DNA of 64,000 bases, taken from positions 228,326 through 292,325 of the forward strand of contig CAVVXT010000012.1 of NCBI GenBank assembly GCA_963752255.1. The letters run 5' to 3'. The translations under genes were made by a program, and so were the position numbers. The stretch comes from Nitrososphaeria archaeon (GTDB lineage: Archaea; Thermoproteota; Nitrososphaeria; JACIWG01). Below the pieces are notes generated by a model, which was not told the origin of the DNA, ran no database searches, and saw only the letters and a program-made list of their open reading frames with translations. Shown here in pieces: positions 61,871-64,000 of the stretch. The stretch's first letter is position 1. Each line of letters begins with the position of its first letter.

Positions 61871-62900
61871 ATGTCCGCAACACAAATTGAAACCCAAACG
61901 TCTCCGACAATCGTAAAGGTCGAGAACCTATCAAAAGTATTTGGCGAATTGAAAGCAGTTGACAACGTTAGCTTCGAAATCAAAGAGGGGGAAATTTTCG
62001 GTTTTCTCGGACCTAACGGAGCAGGGAAAACAACCACTATAAACATATTGACCACCCTTTTAAAACCTTCTTCAGGAAAAGCGGAAGTCTGCGGGTACGA
62101 TATATTCAAGAAAGCGAACGAAGTTCGAAGAAACGTCGGAGTCGTACCTCAAGAATACACAGCTGACGAAGATATGACGGGAATTAATAACATCCTTCTT
62201 TGCTCAGACCTCTACGGCATACCCAGAAGTGACTCAAAACGACATGCAGAAGAGCTGCTTAAGCTTGTGGAACTTCAAGACGCCGCAAAGAGGAAGGTAA
62301 GCACTTACTCAGGAGGAATGCGAAGGAGGCTAGAACTCGCCTGCGGCTTGATCAATTACCCAAAACTACTATTCCTAGATGAACCTACTCTCGGTCTGGA
62401 CGTTCAAACACGCACCGCAGTCTGGAAATACATCAAAACATTGAAAGAGGAATACCACATGACCCTTTTCATGACAACCCACTATCTCGAAGAAGCTGAC
62501 CACCTATGTGACAGAATAGCCATAATCGATCACGGCCACATAATAAAAGTTGGCTCACCAGAAGAACTGAAGGAAAGCATCGGCGGAGACGTAATCGTAG
62601 TAAACGTTAAGGAGTCGGAACCTGATATTTCACCGGATATCGCCAAGATAAAATTAGTCAAAGACGTAAAAAAGAACGACGGAAATCTACCGAATAAAGG
62701 TGGAACTTGGAGAGGAAGCCTCGCCACAGATCACGGACCTAATAAGATCTAAAGGGCTGCATGTAACAAAAGTTTCGTTAACAAAACCAACCTTGGATGA
62801 GGCGTATCTAGAATTTACTGGACGAACCTTGAGGGAAGAAGAAGTCGACAAACTCCAGATGTTTCGTCAACGCGCAACAATGAGACGAGCAAGATCCTGA
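61871..62900 (+). CDS. ABC exporter ATP-binding protein (DrrA-like; frameshift near 62685)
   Basis: GPNGAGKTT, YSGGMRRRLE, LDEPTLGLD | KPTLDEAYLEFTG. Confidence 0.92.
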
Positions 62901-62912
62901 GGGTGAAGAAAC

Positions 62913-63850
62913 ATGGAAAAAACAGAACTAAATGAAGAAACATCCTCAGAAAATCCTCAGTCCAACAAAAACAACATGAAGAGAACCTCCAGAGAAGGAG
63001 CGAAAATTCAGAACTGCCGCGAAATAAATACAAGTCCTCTGCATGGATTATGGGCTTTAACAAACAGAGACTTAAGAAAATGGTACACTAACCCAACGCA
63101 GCTCTTTGTGTCTCTAATTCAACCAATTAGTCTGGCTTGGCTTGTTCGGGAAAGCCTTGAATTTTGGAACGTTCATTTCCGGGTCAGGAGCCACCCAAGC
63201 ACAACAGAACCTAATTTTGAAGAGCTTTTTCGGAACAACAAGCTACTTCTCATTCTTGGCATGCGGAATGCTTGCTTTCATCGTCCTCTTCACTTCCGCG
63301 TTCAGCGGAATGTCAGTAGTCTTCGACCGTAGGTTCGGTTTCCTAAACAAAGCTTTGAGCACACCAGTTGCACGAGGAGCAATTGTGATGGGCAAAATCC
63401 TGCAAAGTGTCGGCAGATCTCTGGTACAATCAGCCATAATTCTAGTGATTGCAGTAGTTCTCGGGATGGATACAGCACATTTCACCCCTCTAGGAATCGC
63501 TGGCACATTCGTAGCCATTTTCCTCATGGGCACGGGGTTATCTGCGCTGTTCACGATGCTCGCTTTGAGATCGGCTGATTGGCAAACACAGATGGCAATC
63601 ATAAACCTGATCAACCTTCCATTGCTATTCGCAAGTAATGCGTTGTTTCCAGCAAAAATAATGCCAACTTGGCTTCAAGACGTCGTAAAGGTTAACCCAG
63701 TCAGCTACGCGAATGATGCAACAAGGCAACTGTTGATAGGCGCTACAGGGATGACCAGTCTATTAGTTGACTTTTCGGTTTTGATCGCGATTCGCGGCAA
63801 TATTATCCGCAATCGGAATCGTGCTTTCCTGGAGATTGCTTTCCAAGTAA
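62913..63850 (+). CDS. ABC-2 type exporter permease (frameshifts near 63128 and 63790)
   Basis: LTNRDLRKW | VFDRRFGFLNKALSTPV, NPVSYANDATR; the corrected frame ends VLSWRLLSK* at 63850. Confidence 0.88.
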
Positions 63851-63900
63851 TGTCGCGCACGGTTTATTTAAAGCAGTCTTGAAATGGGAGAAGGTTTGAA

Positions 63901-64000
63901 ATGAGTTATATTTTAAAGATTGTTAAGGAAAGGCAGTCCGATAGGGTTCCTTTCGATCCGAATCGCCAAGTAGAAAAAGAAAACCTGAAGCAGATTCTAG
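63901..64000 (+). CDS. Probable nitroreductase-family protein, N-terminus only (runs off the window)
   Basis: MSYILKIVKERQSDRVPFDPNRQVEKENLKQIL matches the R.S.R..F....V..E.L..IL nitroreductase start. Confidence 0.65.
   Translation, partial: MSYILKIVKERQSDRVPFDPNRQVEKENLKQIL

Noticed and set aside
10288-63850. Programmed frameshifting or genuine pseudogenisation of gatE, nop5, scpA, pyrG, hdrA and the ABC genes
   Set aside because: Several are essential or highly conserved and otherwise intact. The breaks are single-base indels, mostly at homopolymers or next to CTAG, which is typical of long-read consensus error.

Overview
Archaeal chromosomal DNA of the TACK type. PolB1, Rps30e, a TFE-beta/RPC34 homologue, SMC-ScpAB, GatDE and an archaeal MAT together suggest (inference) a deep-branching Nitrososphaerota/Aigarchaeota/Bathyarchaeia-type organism. 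Bases 1-37.2 kb are mostly housekeeping genes, plus a stand-alone NurA-HerA pair flanked by three small proteins that look paralogous (beta-hairpin + winged helix). After tRNA-Arg(CCG) at 37198 the character changes to what looks like a decayed integrated element: a tRNA 3'-end fragment, a type IIG R-M-like pseudogene, orphan ORFs, a perfect 21-bp palindrome and a helically phased TCTGAC repeat array. Next comes a visibly more GC-rich ~13-kb minus-strand cluster: gcvH - NAD(P)H flavo-oxidoreductase - hdrA - hdrA - mvhD(wHTH fusion) - hdrA(fused) - mvhD - hdrC - hdrB - mvhG - mvhA. The window ends with stress and export genes (two HtrA, two ABC-2 exporters, MsrB, flavin reductase, cupin, nitroreductase). 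The best candidate for an undescribed system is this Hdr/Mvh complex, which is linked to a lipoyl carrier and has an MvhD fused to a putative DNA-binding domain. About 10 single-base frameshifts break conserved genes and are most likely sequencing errors. Five of them sit right next to CTAG, which hints at CTAG methylation. All calls come from motif recognition by eye; no database searches were run.
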